Shown: in pieces, positions 49,268 to 57,935 of the stretch | Layout: the number at the start of each line of letters is the position of its first letter | Position numbering within the stretch: the stretch's first letter is position 1 | Assembly (NCBI GenBank): GCA_016209275.1 | Contig: JACQWM010000029.1 | Span: forward strand, 2,692-66,691 | Reading direction: 5' to 3' | Length of the DNA: 64,000 nt | Source of the DNA: Candidatus Omnitrophota bacterium | GTDB lineage: Bacteria > Omnitrophota > Gorgyraeia > Aquiviventales > Aquiviventaceae | Program-made: the position numbers and the translations under genes | Notes under the pieces: model-generated | Database searches by the model: none | The model's input: only the letters and a program-made list of their open reading frames with translations | What the model was told of the DNA's origin: nothing

Positions 49268-50095
49268 TTAGCTTCGCTGGGCTTGGCCGGATTCGATCTC
49301 AATATCCAGCACGTGGACATCAAGACCCTGGCGCTTCAGCGCGTCGACCGCTGCGGCGTGTTGCTCAGGCGGCACCATGATGCCCAGCAGCGCTTCGCGG
49401 TTGATGGCGCCGCGCACTTCCTCCGGTGTGCCGCAGCGCACCGCCCGCCCGCGCTCCAGCACGATCACGCGGTCTGCCAGCTTCATCGCTTCGCTCATGC
49501 GATGGGAGCACAGCACTAAGGTTTTGCCTTCGCCCTGCAAGCGCTTTAGCAGCGCGGTGAACTCTCCGCGGCTGCGCACATCCAGGTGGCTCGTCGGCTC
49601 ATCCAGCAGCAAGATCGGCGGATCAGACAACAGCGCGATCGCCACGGCGAGCTTCTGCTTCATCCCGCCTGAGAGCGTGCGCACGAGCTGCCGTGCTGCG
49701 CCGCCCAACTGCCACGCGTGCAGCACATCCGTCGCGCGCGAGGCGGGCACTCGGCGCAGCTGCGCATACAGCATCGCGGCTTCCCAGACGGTGGCATCCC
49801 CTGGCAGCCCGAGCTCCTGCGGCACGTAGCCCAGCATCCATCGCACGGCCTTGCCCTCGCGCGCCGCGTCATGGCCGAAGACGCGAATCGATCCCTCAAA
49901 CGGCAGCACGCCCAGCACGCAGCGCAGCACGGTGGTCTTGCCCGCCCCGTTGGCGCCCCAAAGCACGACAGTCTCGCCGCGCGCCACCTCGAAACTGAGC
50001 TGATCCACCGCCGGCTGCGCGCCGAACCGTTTCGTCAATCGCTCAACACGGATGGCGGCCGCCGGTGCTGCGGCGGGTGAGTCGGTAGTGCTCAT
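49268..50095 (-). CDS. nosF: ABC ATPase NosF
   Basis: GANGAGKT, LSGGMKQK, LDEP. Confidence 0.85.
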   Translation of the reverse strand: MSTTDSPAAAPAAAIRVERLTKRFGAQPAVDQLSFEVARGETVVLWGANGAGKTTVLRCVLGVLPFEGSIRVFGHDAAREGKAVRWMLGYVPQELGLPGDATVWEAAMLYAQLRRVPASRATDVLHAWQLGGAARQLVRTLSGGMKQKLAVAIALLSDPPILLLDEPTSHLDVRSRGEFTALLKRLQGEGKTLVLCSHRMSEAMKLADRVIVLERGRAVRCGTPEEVRGAINREALLGIMVPPEQHAAAVDALKRQGLDVHVLDIEIESGQAQRS

Positions 50096-51933
50096 GGGGC
50101 GGGCGCCGCCGGCATCGGGCGCATGCGCGGATGCAGGTCGGCCAGCATCGGGCGCGGCGCAAAAATCGGAAACAGAGCCGCGGCCGCGTCGATCGCGGTC
50201 GCCGCCGGGCTGCCGGCATAGAGCCGCAAGGCCGGGTGCGCATCGGCCAGCCGCTCAAAGAGCCGCAGATGACGGTACGGCACGTCGCCGATCCCGTCGC
50301 CGTCGGCATCAAAGCCGCGGTAATCGCTCCAGAAATTTCCGTCCCAGCGATTCAGCGCTGCGTCGGATTCCCCGTCGACCGAGACCTGCTCGCCGTTGTC
50401 CATGAAGCTGTTGCCGGAAAATCCGCTGGCGACCCCGGAGGGAACCAGCCGCAGGCCGATGTCGTTCGCCCCGATCACATTACGCGTAAACTGTACAGCG
50501 GCATGCTCCAGAAACACCCCGACGCGGTTGTCGGCGATGAGATTGCGGTCGATCCGCGTGTCCTCCATGTCTTTCAGGCCGAGCCCGAATCCTGAGGGGC
50601 CGCGGTTGCGCGTGATCCGATTATCGGACAGCCGCAGCCCGCGGCTGTACATCAGATAGACGCCGACCGAGTTGTCTTCCAAGCGATTCTGCCGCACGTC
50701 GGCGTCGTTGCAATACATGAAATGCAAGCCGTAGCGGCCGCGGCGCACGTTGTTGCGCAGCACTCGAATCCGCCGGGAATACCACAGCACCAAATCCCGC
50801 CCGCCGTCAATGCGATTGTCGGCGATGGTCACGTCATCGCTGTACCAGGTCTTGATGAGATCCCCGCGCCGTGCCACCGCCAGCCGATGGCTGCGCAGCT
50901 GGTTGCGGCGGATGACCGCGCCGGGCGCTCGGCGCAGCGAAATGCCGAAGAGCACGTCATCGAGCTGATTGTCTTCCACCACCGCCTCCGGCGCCCTCAC
51001 CAGGATGCCGGTATCGCCCTGTGCGAGCAGATCGCCGCTGCGGCGGATGGTAAATCCGCTGAGGCGGATCTTGGGAGCGGCCAACTCCACCACCGTGCCA
51101 GCGCCACCGCCGTCGATCACCGGCTGGTGACGGCCGATCAACGTCACCGAACGCTGCACGATCACCGGGCCGGCGTGCACGCCGCCCTCGACCACAATCG
51201 TGTCGCCATCCTCGGCAGCGTCCAGCGCTGCCGCAAGTGTTGGCGCGCTGGAAGCCGACACCGTCAGCGTCTTGGCCCAGGCCTCGGAGCCGCCCAGGAT
51301 CAGGGCAAGACTTACGCCGGCGGAGATCATCGTGCGCCGCGAGCTCCCGCCGCGCGCCCAGGTCAGCCACAACGCCGCCAGGACCAACCCGGCAGCGCCC
51401 GCGGCCAGCCAAAACCCGAGGTCGAACCCGGCGGATGAGTGGAATTGCGCGATCGTGCCTTCACCGACGATCTTCGGGACGAACGGCTTGACGGCGCGGT
51501 TCAGCGGCGCTTTCGGATCAAGATTCAATCCGTAGTCGCGCATCCAGAGGAGCAAATCCGCCGCGAAGACCGGGGGCAGCAGCAGGGTGGGCAGCGCGCC
51601 AAGCCTTCCCCACCGGCGGCGAACGGCGGCCGCCAGCAGCAGCCCGAGCACCGCAAGGATCAGCCCTGGGATGGCGATGGCTCGCTCCACTTTCGCGCCA
51701 TGGGCGAGCGCTCGCATGCCGATATAGTGGTTAAGCGAATCGATTTCCCGGACATCGCCTTCGAGCCGATTGACATAGATAATGAGATGGAGGCCTTTGG
51801 GATACTGGGGGGCGGACACGCGCATCCGCCAGTAGGGATGAAAGGCGGAGGCGATGAGCAGCGCTGCAGCGAGCAGAAACACACCGCGACCCCATCCCCC
51901 AGCGCGCGGGATGGGGCGCTGATCAATCGGCAT
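50092..51933 (-). CDS. nosD: NosB-like membrane domain fused to NosD
   Basis: N-part APQYPKGL..INSLNHYIGM-like (IDSLNHYIGM)..YGLNLDP; C-part beta-helix with RYGLHFMY and GNFWSDY.GFD.DGDGIGD.PY. Confidence 0.85.
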   Translation of the reverse strand: MPIDQRPIPRAGGWGRGVFLLAAALLIASAFHPYWRMRVSAPQYPKGLHLIIYVNRLEGDVREIDSLNHYIGMRALAHGAKVERAIAIPGLILAVLGLLLAAAVRRRWGRLGALPTLLLPPVFAADLLLWMRDYGLNLDPKAPLNRAVKPFVPKIVGEGTIAQFHSSAGFDLGFWLAAGAAGLVLAALWLTWARGGSSRRTMISAGVSLALILGGSEAWAKTLTVSASSAPTLAAALDAAEDGDTIVVEGGVHAGPVIVQRSVTLIGRHQPVIDGGGAGTVVELAAPKIRLSGFTIRRSGDLLAQGDTGILVRAPEAVVEDNQLDDVLFGISLRRAPGAVIRRNQLRSHRLAVARRGDLIKTWYSDDVTIADNRIDGGRDLVLWYSRRIRVLRNNVRRGRYGLHFMYCNDADVRQNRLEDNSVGVYLMYSRGLRLSDNRITRNRGPSGFGLGLKDMEDTRIDRNLIADNRVGVFLEHAAVQFTRNVIGANDIGLRLVPSGVASGFSGNSFMDNGEQVSVDGESDAALNRWDGNFWSDYRGFDADGDGIGDVPYRHLRLFERLADAHPALRLYAGSPAATAIDAAAALFPIFAPRPMLADLHPRMRPMPAAPAP

Positions 51934-51962
51934 GGCGCCTCACGCGAACCGGATGGCGAGTA

Positions 51963-54056
51963 TCAGGAACTTGGCGCGGCGGAGGACTCGGCGGCAACCT
52001 CGGCCTCTGGGGGTTTCACGAGGAAGTAGCCGGCCATTTCCAGGTGAAGCGCCGAGCAGAACTCCAAGCAGTAAAAAGGAAAGACCCCTTCTTTGGCGGC
52101 GATGAACTCCACCGTCGCGGTCTCGCCAGGCTCGATGCTGGCCGCGATATTATACCCCGGCACCGTGAAGCCGTGCGTGGCATCGCGCGTCCGCTCCAAA
52201 TTCGTGATATGCCAAATCACGTGCTGGCCCTTGGTCACCTCGACATGCTCCGGATCAAAATGGCTGCGGATCGAGGCGGTGTAGACCTCGACGGTGTCGC
52301 CGTGGCGCTCGATCTTGCCTTCCAGCGACGCGTCCGCGCTCTTGGCCTGCTCCAGCGGATTCCAGCCGACCTCAGGATACACCTCCCAGGCTTTCAGCTT
52401 ATCCGCCTTGATGATCTGGGCATAGTGCGGCTCGCCCATCCCGATGGGCATGTCATACAGCACCTGCATAGTATCGCCGGACTTCGACACATCGACGAGC
52501 TGCAGGTTTTGGGGCAGCAGCGGCCCCACGTTGAGAAATCGGTCGACCGACCATTTGTTCAGCGAGACGAGATACTTGCCGTCCGGACTGACCGTGTCGC
52601 CCTCGGCCGCGGCGATGTGCCCCACGTTAAAGTGCACCGGGACTTTGCTCACCAGGCTCCACGGTTTCTCCGGCGCTGTGTACTTGCAGTCGCCCATGGT
52701 CCAACGAGCCACGGCGCTCTCCAGAAAGAGGCTCGTGTACGCATAGCCCTGGTTGTCGAACTGCGTGTGCAAGGGCCCCAAGCCCAGCTCCACCTGGGCT
52801 TCCTTCACCGAATCGAATCGGATGATCGGCACCCCGTAGGAGTCTTTGCCTTCGAAATCTTGCTTGGCGATGGCGTCTTGAATCTTGTTGAAGTTGTAGA
52901 TCGTCACGTGCGGATCGAGCTTGCCGGCGACGACGATGTGCGTCCCCTCAGGGCAGATATCGACCCCGTGAGGGCTTTTCGGCTCGGGGATGAAATACAG
53001 CAGCCCTTCCGCAATCGCCACCGGCAGGCGGATCACCTTGAAGCCGTTGATCATGTCGACCTTGCCCGCGGCGACGACCTGTGCGGCTTTCTTCCAATTG
53101 ATCACGTGCATGTAGTCCATGTCGCGCTCGGAGGCCCCGGCTTCAAACGGCGGATTGCCGCTTTCCACACCGCCGGTCGCCATCTCGGTGTTGAACGAGT
53201 TGAAAAACACCCAGCCGTCGCTGACCAGCTTGCCGGCATCGGCCAGATCCTGCCAATACGGCGGCAGCTCGATAGCGAAGGATTCATCGACCATGATGCG
53301 CCCTTTGTCGCGGTTGAATTTCCAGAAGGCGGCGAAGCCGCGGTACTCCTGCTGGTATTGGCTGATCGGCGCGTACTTGCCGCCGAGGGGGGCAGCGTAT
53401 TGGGAGGATTCGAACACGTAGTCGGTGTTGGGGGTCACGAACGCGGCGCCATGGTTGTTGACGAACACGGGGTTGGCGACGATTTGCTTCGTCTCGAAAT
53501 CGCGCAGGTCGATCACCCCCATGCGGCCGTTGGCCTTATCTCCGATAAAGAGGTACTGGCCGTCATACTCGCCGTTGGTTTCGCTCAAGCCCGGATGATG
53601 CGTATCGGCCCATCGCAGCGGCGGAAGCCCGGCGCGGCTGTCATCGGCCCCATGGCCCATCGGGCTTTCTTTGACCCCATAGCCATAGCCCTGCCACGGC
53701 TCCGGCGTAAAGACGGCGATGGTGCGCAACAGCCGCATCGAGGGCAGCCCGATCGCGAACATCTGGCCGCTGTGGCCGCCGGAGGCGAACATCACATACT
53801 CATCTAGCTTGCCCGTCGGCATGAACGTGGCGACCGCGGCGGAGACATCGGCCGGGCTTAAGCCCCGCTCCTTGACGATGTCCATCGCGTCCTGCGGCAA
53901 TCGGGCTGCCTGGATGGACGGCTGGCCGCCGCCGCCAGGAGCCGATGTCGTGGATTGGAGCGTCGCCTTGTGGTTGGCCGAGCCCTGCCATAACCCGATC
54001 ACAAGACCAACCGCAAGACCAGCGCTTAAGATAATCCACAGCCGAGACGAACGCAT
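51963..54056 (-). CDS. nosZ: Nitrous-oxide reductase, clade II
   Basis: No twin-Arg signal; SGGHSGQ, DTHH, PHG, GPLHTQF CuZ histidines; CuA CLEFCSALHLEM. Confidence 0.95.
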   Translation of the reverse strand: MRSSRLWIILSAGLAVGLVIGLWQGSANHKATLQSTTSAPGGGGQPSIQAARLPQDAMDIVKERGLSPADVSAAVATFMPTGKLDEYVMFASGGHSGQMFAIGLPSMRLLRTIAVFTPEPWQGYGYGVKESPMGHGADDSRAGLPPLRWADTHHPGLSETNGEYDGQYLFIGDKANGRMGVIDLRDFETKQIVANPVFVNNHGAAFVTPNTDYVFESSQYAAPLGGKYAPISQYQQEYRGFAAFWKFNRDKGRIMVDESFAIELPPYWQDLADAGKLVSDGWVFFNSFNTEMATGGVESGNPPFEAGASERDMDYMHVINWKKAAQVVAAGKVDMINGFKVIRLPVAIAEGLLYFIPEPKSPHGVDICPEGTHIVVAGKLDPHVTIYNFNKIQDAIAKQDFEGKDSYGVPIIRFDSVKEAQVELGLGPLHTQFDNQGYAYTSLFLESAVARWTMGDCKYTAPEKPWSLVSKVPVHFNVGHIAAAEGDTVSPDGKYLVSLNKWSVDRFLNVGPLLPQNLQLVDVSKSGDTMQVLYDMPIGMGEPHYAQIIKADKLKAWEVYPEVGWNPLEQAKSADASLEGKIERHGDTVEVYTASIRSHFDPEHVEVTKGQHVIWHITNLERTRDATHGFTVPGYNIAASIEPGETATVEFIAAKEGVFPFYCLEFCSALHLEMAGYFLVKPPEAEVAAESSAAPSS

Positions 54057-54113
54057 CCTATTCTCCCTCGGTTAAGCGTACGAGCCTGCCTGTCCGTTAA
54101 GCTGGCGGAGACG

Positions 54114-54716
54114 TTACCAACGGCGCGACTTCTTCTTGTCCTTCACCTTGGCAGGCTGGGTGGCAACCGGCTGCTGCTCGCTTGCCGCGGCAGGCGGCGC
54201 TTCGATCGCCGGCGCTTCGATGATCGCCGGCGCTTCGGGCTCTGTTGCCGCAACCGGGGCAGGTTCAGGGACGGGGATAGCCGCGCTCTCCGGCTGTTGC
54301 GGCTCGGTTGATGACGTCACCGGCGGCTCTTGAACTTGGGCCGGTGCCGGCTCTGCACCCGGTTTTGAGGCCGGATCGCCGGGGTTGGTGCCGGCCTTCA
54401 GCTCATCGCCGTTGTAGACGCCGTCGCCGTCGTCGTCGTATTCCTCCATCCGCTTGAAATGCTCCGGGGTCATCGCCTTGATTGAAACAGCCGCCATGAA
54501 TTTTTGCATCGCGCGGCCGTAATAATTCAGATTCTTCGCGCTGCCGGCCGCGGATTCATGGCAGGTCTTGCAGGAAAACTCCGACGCCTTGGCTGGATAC
54601 GATTTCTTCAAGCTCTGCAGCTCTTGCGGCGAAGCCCAGACCGCCGCCGCGGTGGCGGCCATGACACTCCCGATGATCAGCCCGATGAGAAGATGACGCC
54701 GCTGCGCATGATGCAT
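54114..54716 (-). CDS. Exported monoheme c-type cytochrome with Ca-binding-like loop and Pro/Ala tail
   Basis: CKTCH; DDDGDGVYNGDELKAGTNPGD. Confidence 0.7.
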   Translation of the reverse strand: MHHAQRRHLLIGLIIGSVMAATAAAVWASPQELQSLKKSYPAKASEFSCKTCHESAAGSAKNLNYYGRAMQKFMAAVSIKAMTPEHFKRMEEYDDDGDGVYNGDELKAGTNPGDPASKPGAEPAPAQVQEPPVTSSTEPQQPESAAIPVPEPAPVAATEPEAPAIIEAPAIEAPPAAASEQQPVATQPAKVKDKKKSRRW

Positions 54717-54914
54717 GAGAAACCTCCTCCGGTGTGGGGTGCGGTTGTTGCGCCTATTATACCGCACCGCGCGCGGGTGTCCAGGGCGGTGTTGCGCTAT
54801 CTACTGCGCCGTGCTGAAGGGGCTAGCTCAAGCCCGAGTGGGCGATTGTGCTACACTTTCCGGCTCAACTGTAGCAGAACTTCACATAACTCATTGTAAC
54901 ACAATAAGTTACGT

Positions 54915-54943
54915 TTGACAAAATCCCGCGAATATGGTACGAT
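54915..54943 (+). promoter_or_regulatory. Sigma70-type promoter for the GAF gene
   Basis: TTGACA-17-TACGAT with TG extension. Confidence 0.7.
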
Positions 54944-54970
54944 GGTCTCGTAAAGCAACGAGGAGATCAG

Positions 54971-55681
54971 ATGAGCCCTCACAGCCCTCAGGATCGCGCC
55001 ACCGAGACTCGCGAACCTTCCGTTTTCGCGAACGTCTCCCCGCAAGACGCAGACTCCGGACGAGCGCCGGAGAGGCTCGTGCAGCTGACCGCCTGCTTTT
55101 TGCGTTTCGGCTCAGACGGCATCGAAAATATCCGGCAGCTGACCGCGCTCGCCGGCCAACTGCTCGGCGGGGCCTACGCGGTCTATTTCCGGATGGAGGG
55201 CGACCGGCTCTACGCCCTGGCCCAATGGCAAGTGCCGCCCGGGTTTCCGTGGAGCATTGAGGCCGAGGGGCGCGTGGGCACGGAAGAAATCCTCAACGGC
55301 TGCCAGGAATTGCACGTCGTGCGCCACCTGCCGGCGACGTCGTACGCGACCACCGACCCGCACGTTTCACTCTATCATCTGAAAACCGCCGTCAGCCAGG
55401 CGGTGAAATGCGGGGAGGCATGCGTAGGATCGCTGTGCGTGATGTTCCGGGAGGACATGCTTCCCAACGACGAGGATCGCGCGCTCTTCGCCATCCTGGC
55501 CTCCGCGATCCGCATCGAGGAGCAGCGGCGGGCCGCCGAGCAGATTTTAGCACGGGAGCAAGCGCTGGTCGCACAGCTCAATCAGATCACGATGGACCGC
55601 GAGGATCGTGTGATTGAATTAAAGCGGGAGGTCAATCAATTGCGCGAGCAGCTGGGGCTGGAGAAACCCTACCGAGTTTAG
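54971..55681 (+). CDS. GAF-domain protein with C-terminal coiled coil and no output domain
   Basis: VGSLCV..EDRALFAILASAI..EEQR; REDRVIELKREVNQL. Confidence 0.7.
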   Translation: MSPHSPQDRATETREPSVFANVSPQDADSGRAPERLVQLTACFLRFGSDGIENIRQLTALAGQLLGGAYAVYFRMEGDRLYALAQWQVPPGFPWSIEAEGRVGTEEILNGCQELHVVRHLPATSYATTDPHVSLYHLKTAVSQAVKCGEACVGSLCVMFREDMLPNDEDRALFAILASAIRIEEQRRAAEQILAREQALVAQLNQITMDREDRVIELKREVNQLREQLGLEKPYRV

Positions 55682-56223
55682 ACCGCCACGCCGAGCTTTT
55701 TCATCCACCGCATCAGGCAAAACCGGCTCACCCCGAGCAGCTCCGACGCTTTCACTTGGTTCCAATTCGTTTTCGTCAGCGCGGCCAGAATCAATTTCCG
55801 ATAGACCTGGTCCCGCCCCTGCCGAAGCGAGAGACTCCGCAGCTCGACTGGAATGCGTTCCTGGTGGTCGAGGGCGCGGCCAATCGCATCGACAAGCGCC
55901 TCGTGGCTGAACGGTTTGCCAAGGCTTTCAAACGCGCCCAGCGACTGATAGTGCTTGGCATCCTTGGGATCGCAGTAGGCCGAGACGAGGATGACCGGCA
56001 GATCCGGGCGCAGCCGCTTCATCATCGGCAGCAGATCGGTCCCTTCAATGCCGGGCATGCGAATGTCGAGCAAGACGATATCGAACGTTTCGGCTCTCAG
56101 GAGGGGGAGGGCTTGGGAACTCTCGGAGCACGCTGTCACGGCAAAGTGATGGCAGGTGAGCAGCTCGCGGTAACTGCTGACGATGTTCTCCTCATCATCA
56201 ATCACCAGGATGCGCCGCTCCAT
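55678..56223 (-). CDS. Response regulator: receiver plus Fis-type HTH, no AAA+ domain
   Basis: ILVIDDE, LLDIRMP, KPF; AL..TNWNQVKASELLGVSR. Confidence 0.85.
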   Translation of the reverse strand: MERRILVIDDEENIVSSYRELLTCHHFAVTACSESSQALPLLRAETFDIVLLDIRMPGIEGTDLLPMMKRLRPDLPVILVSAYCDPKDAKHYQSLGAFESLGKPFSHEALVDAIGRALDHQERIPVELRSLSLRQGRDQVYRKLILAALTKTNWNQVKASELLGVSRFCLMRWMKKLGVAV

Positions 56224-56334
56224 CGAATCCTCCTGTGCAAAAGTATACCTGATCTGTGCGAAAAATTACCAGTGGGCGCACACAATCGCACGGAGATGTT
56301 GCACAATCGCACGGAAGGGATGAGCCGGACGGGC

Positions 56335-57309
56335 TTACAAGCCGGTGGCGGGGTCGAAGAGGCCTTCGAACAACACGCTGGAGAGATACCGTTCGCCGGA
56401 ATCCGGCAGGATCACGACGAAGGTTTTCCCGGCACATTCCGGCAGCTTGGCCAACCGCACCGCAACCGCGACGGCCGCCCCGCAGGAAATGCCGGAGAGA
56501 ATGCCTTCTTCTTTATTCAAGCGTTTGGCGTACTCGATGGCTTCATCATTGGTCACTTGCTCGACCCGGTCGACCATTGATAGATCCAGCGTGCCGGGGA
56601 TGAAGCCCGCCCCGATGCCTTGAATCTTGTGCGGGCCAGGCTGCAGGGGCGCTCCGGAGAGCCGCTGCGTGATCACCGGGCTGTGCGTCGGCTCCACCGC
56701 CACCGAGAGGATCTTCTTGTTTTTCTGGAGCTTGATGTAGCGCGACACCCCGGTGATGGTGCCGCCGGTGCCCACACCGGAGATAAGCACATCAATGGCC
56801 CCGCCGGTGTCCTCCCAAATTTCCGGGCCGGTCGTCGTTTCATGGATCTTCGGATTGGCCGGGTTCTCAAATTGCTGCAGTAGCACGTAGCGGGCAGGGT
56901 CGCTGCGCTGAATCTCCAGAGCCTTATCAATCGCGCCCTTCATGCCCTTCGGCCCTTCGGTAAGAACGAGTGTTGCGCCGAAGGCCTTGAGGATCTTGCG
57001 CCGCTCGATGCTCATCGTCTCCGGCATGGTCAGCGTCAGCGGATAGCCGCGGGCCGCGGCCACAAACGCCAGGGCAATGCCGGTGTTGCCGCTCGTCGGC
57101 TCGATCAGCGCCTTGCCAGGGGAGAGCGCGCCGCGCTGCTCGGCATCCCACACCATGGCCGCTCCGATGCGGCACTTGACCGAGTAGGAGGGATTGCGGC
57201 CCTCGATCTTCGCCAACACCGTCGCCCCCGACGGCGCAATGCGATTGAGCTTGACCAGCGGGGTGCGGCCGATCGAGAGCGAATTATCGTCAAACACGCG
57301 CGGCGCCAT
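56335..57309 (-). CDS. cysK: Cysteine synthase A
   Basis: [39 protein letters not shown]. Confidence 0.95.
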   Translation of the reverse strand: MAPRVFDDNSLSIGRTPLVKLNRIAPSGATVLAKIEGRNPSYSVKCRIGAAMVWDAEQRGALSPGKALIEPTSGNTGIALAFVAAARGYPLTLTMPETMSIERRKILKAFGATLVLTEGPKGMKGAIDKALEIQRSDPARYVLLQQFENPANPKIHETTTGPEIWEDTGGAIDVLISGVGTGGTITGVSRYIKLQKNKKILSVAVEPTHSPVITQRLSGAPLQPGPHKIQGIGAGFIPGTLDLSMVDRVEQVTNDEAIEYAKRLNKEEGILSGISCGAAVAVAVRLAKLPECAGKTFVVILPDSGERYLSSVLFEGLFDPATGL

Positions 57310-57369
57310 GGCAGTAGGACCTATTATATCGCATCGGCTAACACGAGGGGTATTCTCCGAAAAAATCCC

Positions 57370-57588
57370 TCAACCCTGCCCCACCCACTGAATGCGCCGA
57401 TGCGACTGCACGCAGTCCCTGAGGTAGAGATTAATCAAATTCTGATACGGCACTTCCATCTGATTCCCCATGGTCTTGAAATACTCCACCACATCCGCTC
57501 CCAGCCGAATCGTCACGGGCTTCTTGAGCAGCCTGGCATACGGATTTCGGCGGCCCTTCATCTTGGAAAACTCGTATTCTGCTCTCAT
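57370..57588 (-). CDS. brnA: BrnA antitoxin
   Basis: KPVTIRL..VVEYFK..PYQNLINLYLR. Confidence 0.85.
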   Translation of the reverse strand: MRAEYEFSKMKGRRNPYARLLKKPVTIRLGADVVEYFKTMGNQMEVPYQNLINLYLRDCVQSHRRIQWVGQG

Positions 57589-57878
57589 GGGGTTTCCCTC
57601 CGGTAATGTTTCGCTTCGTGGCGCGTGGCTCGTCTTGCCGAAATAATTCTGATCACTGACTGCGCCTCTCTGACGCAATGACACACCACCAAGAGCCGCA
57701 ACGTGAAACTCAACCCCAACATGATAAAACGATCCTCCCGCTCCGAATGATCGGGATCGAAGAACTCAATGGCGTTCTCATCGTAAAACACCGTCTGCGC
57801 TTCTTCGAAGGACACGCCGTGCTTCCGTCGATTCAACGCGGCCTTGGTTCTGTTCCACTCGAAGCGAATGTCATGCAT
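57585..57878 (-). CDS. brnT: BrnT toxin
   Basis: FEWNRTKA..NRRKHGVSFEEA..IRIISARRAT. Confidence 0.9.
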   Translation of the reverse strand: MHDIRFEWNRTKAALNRRKHGVSFEEAQTVFYDENAIEFFDPDHSEREDRFIMLGLSFTLRLLVVCHCVREAQSVIRIISARRATRHEAKHYRRETP

Positions 57879-57935
57879 ATGTACAATGTAAATATACCAC
57901 TCCTGCGGGATGCTTTCAAGGATTTTCACGGGCGG

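Noticed and set aside
57370-57900. brnTA toxin-antitoxin pair as a finding
   Set aside because: Ordinary, well-described type II system
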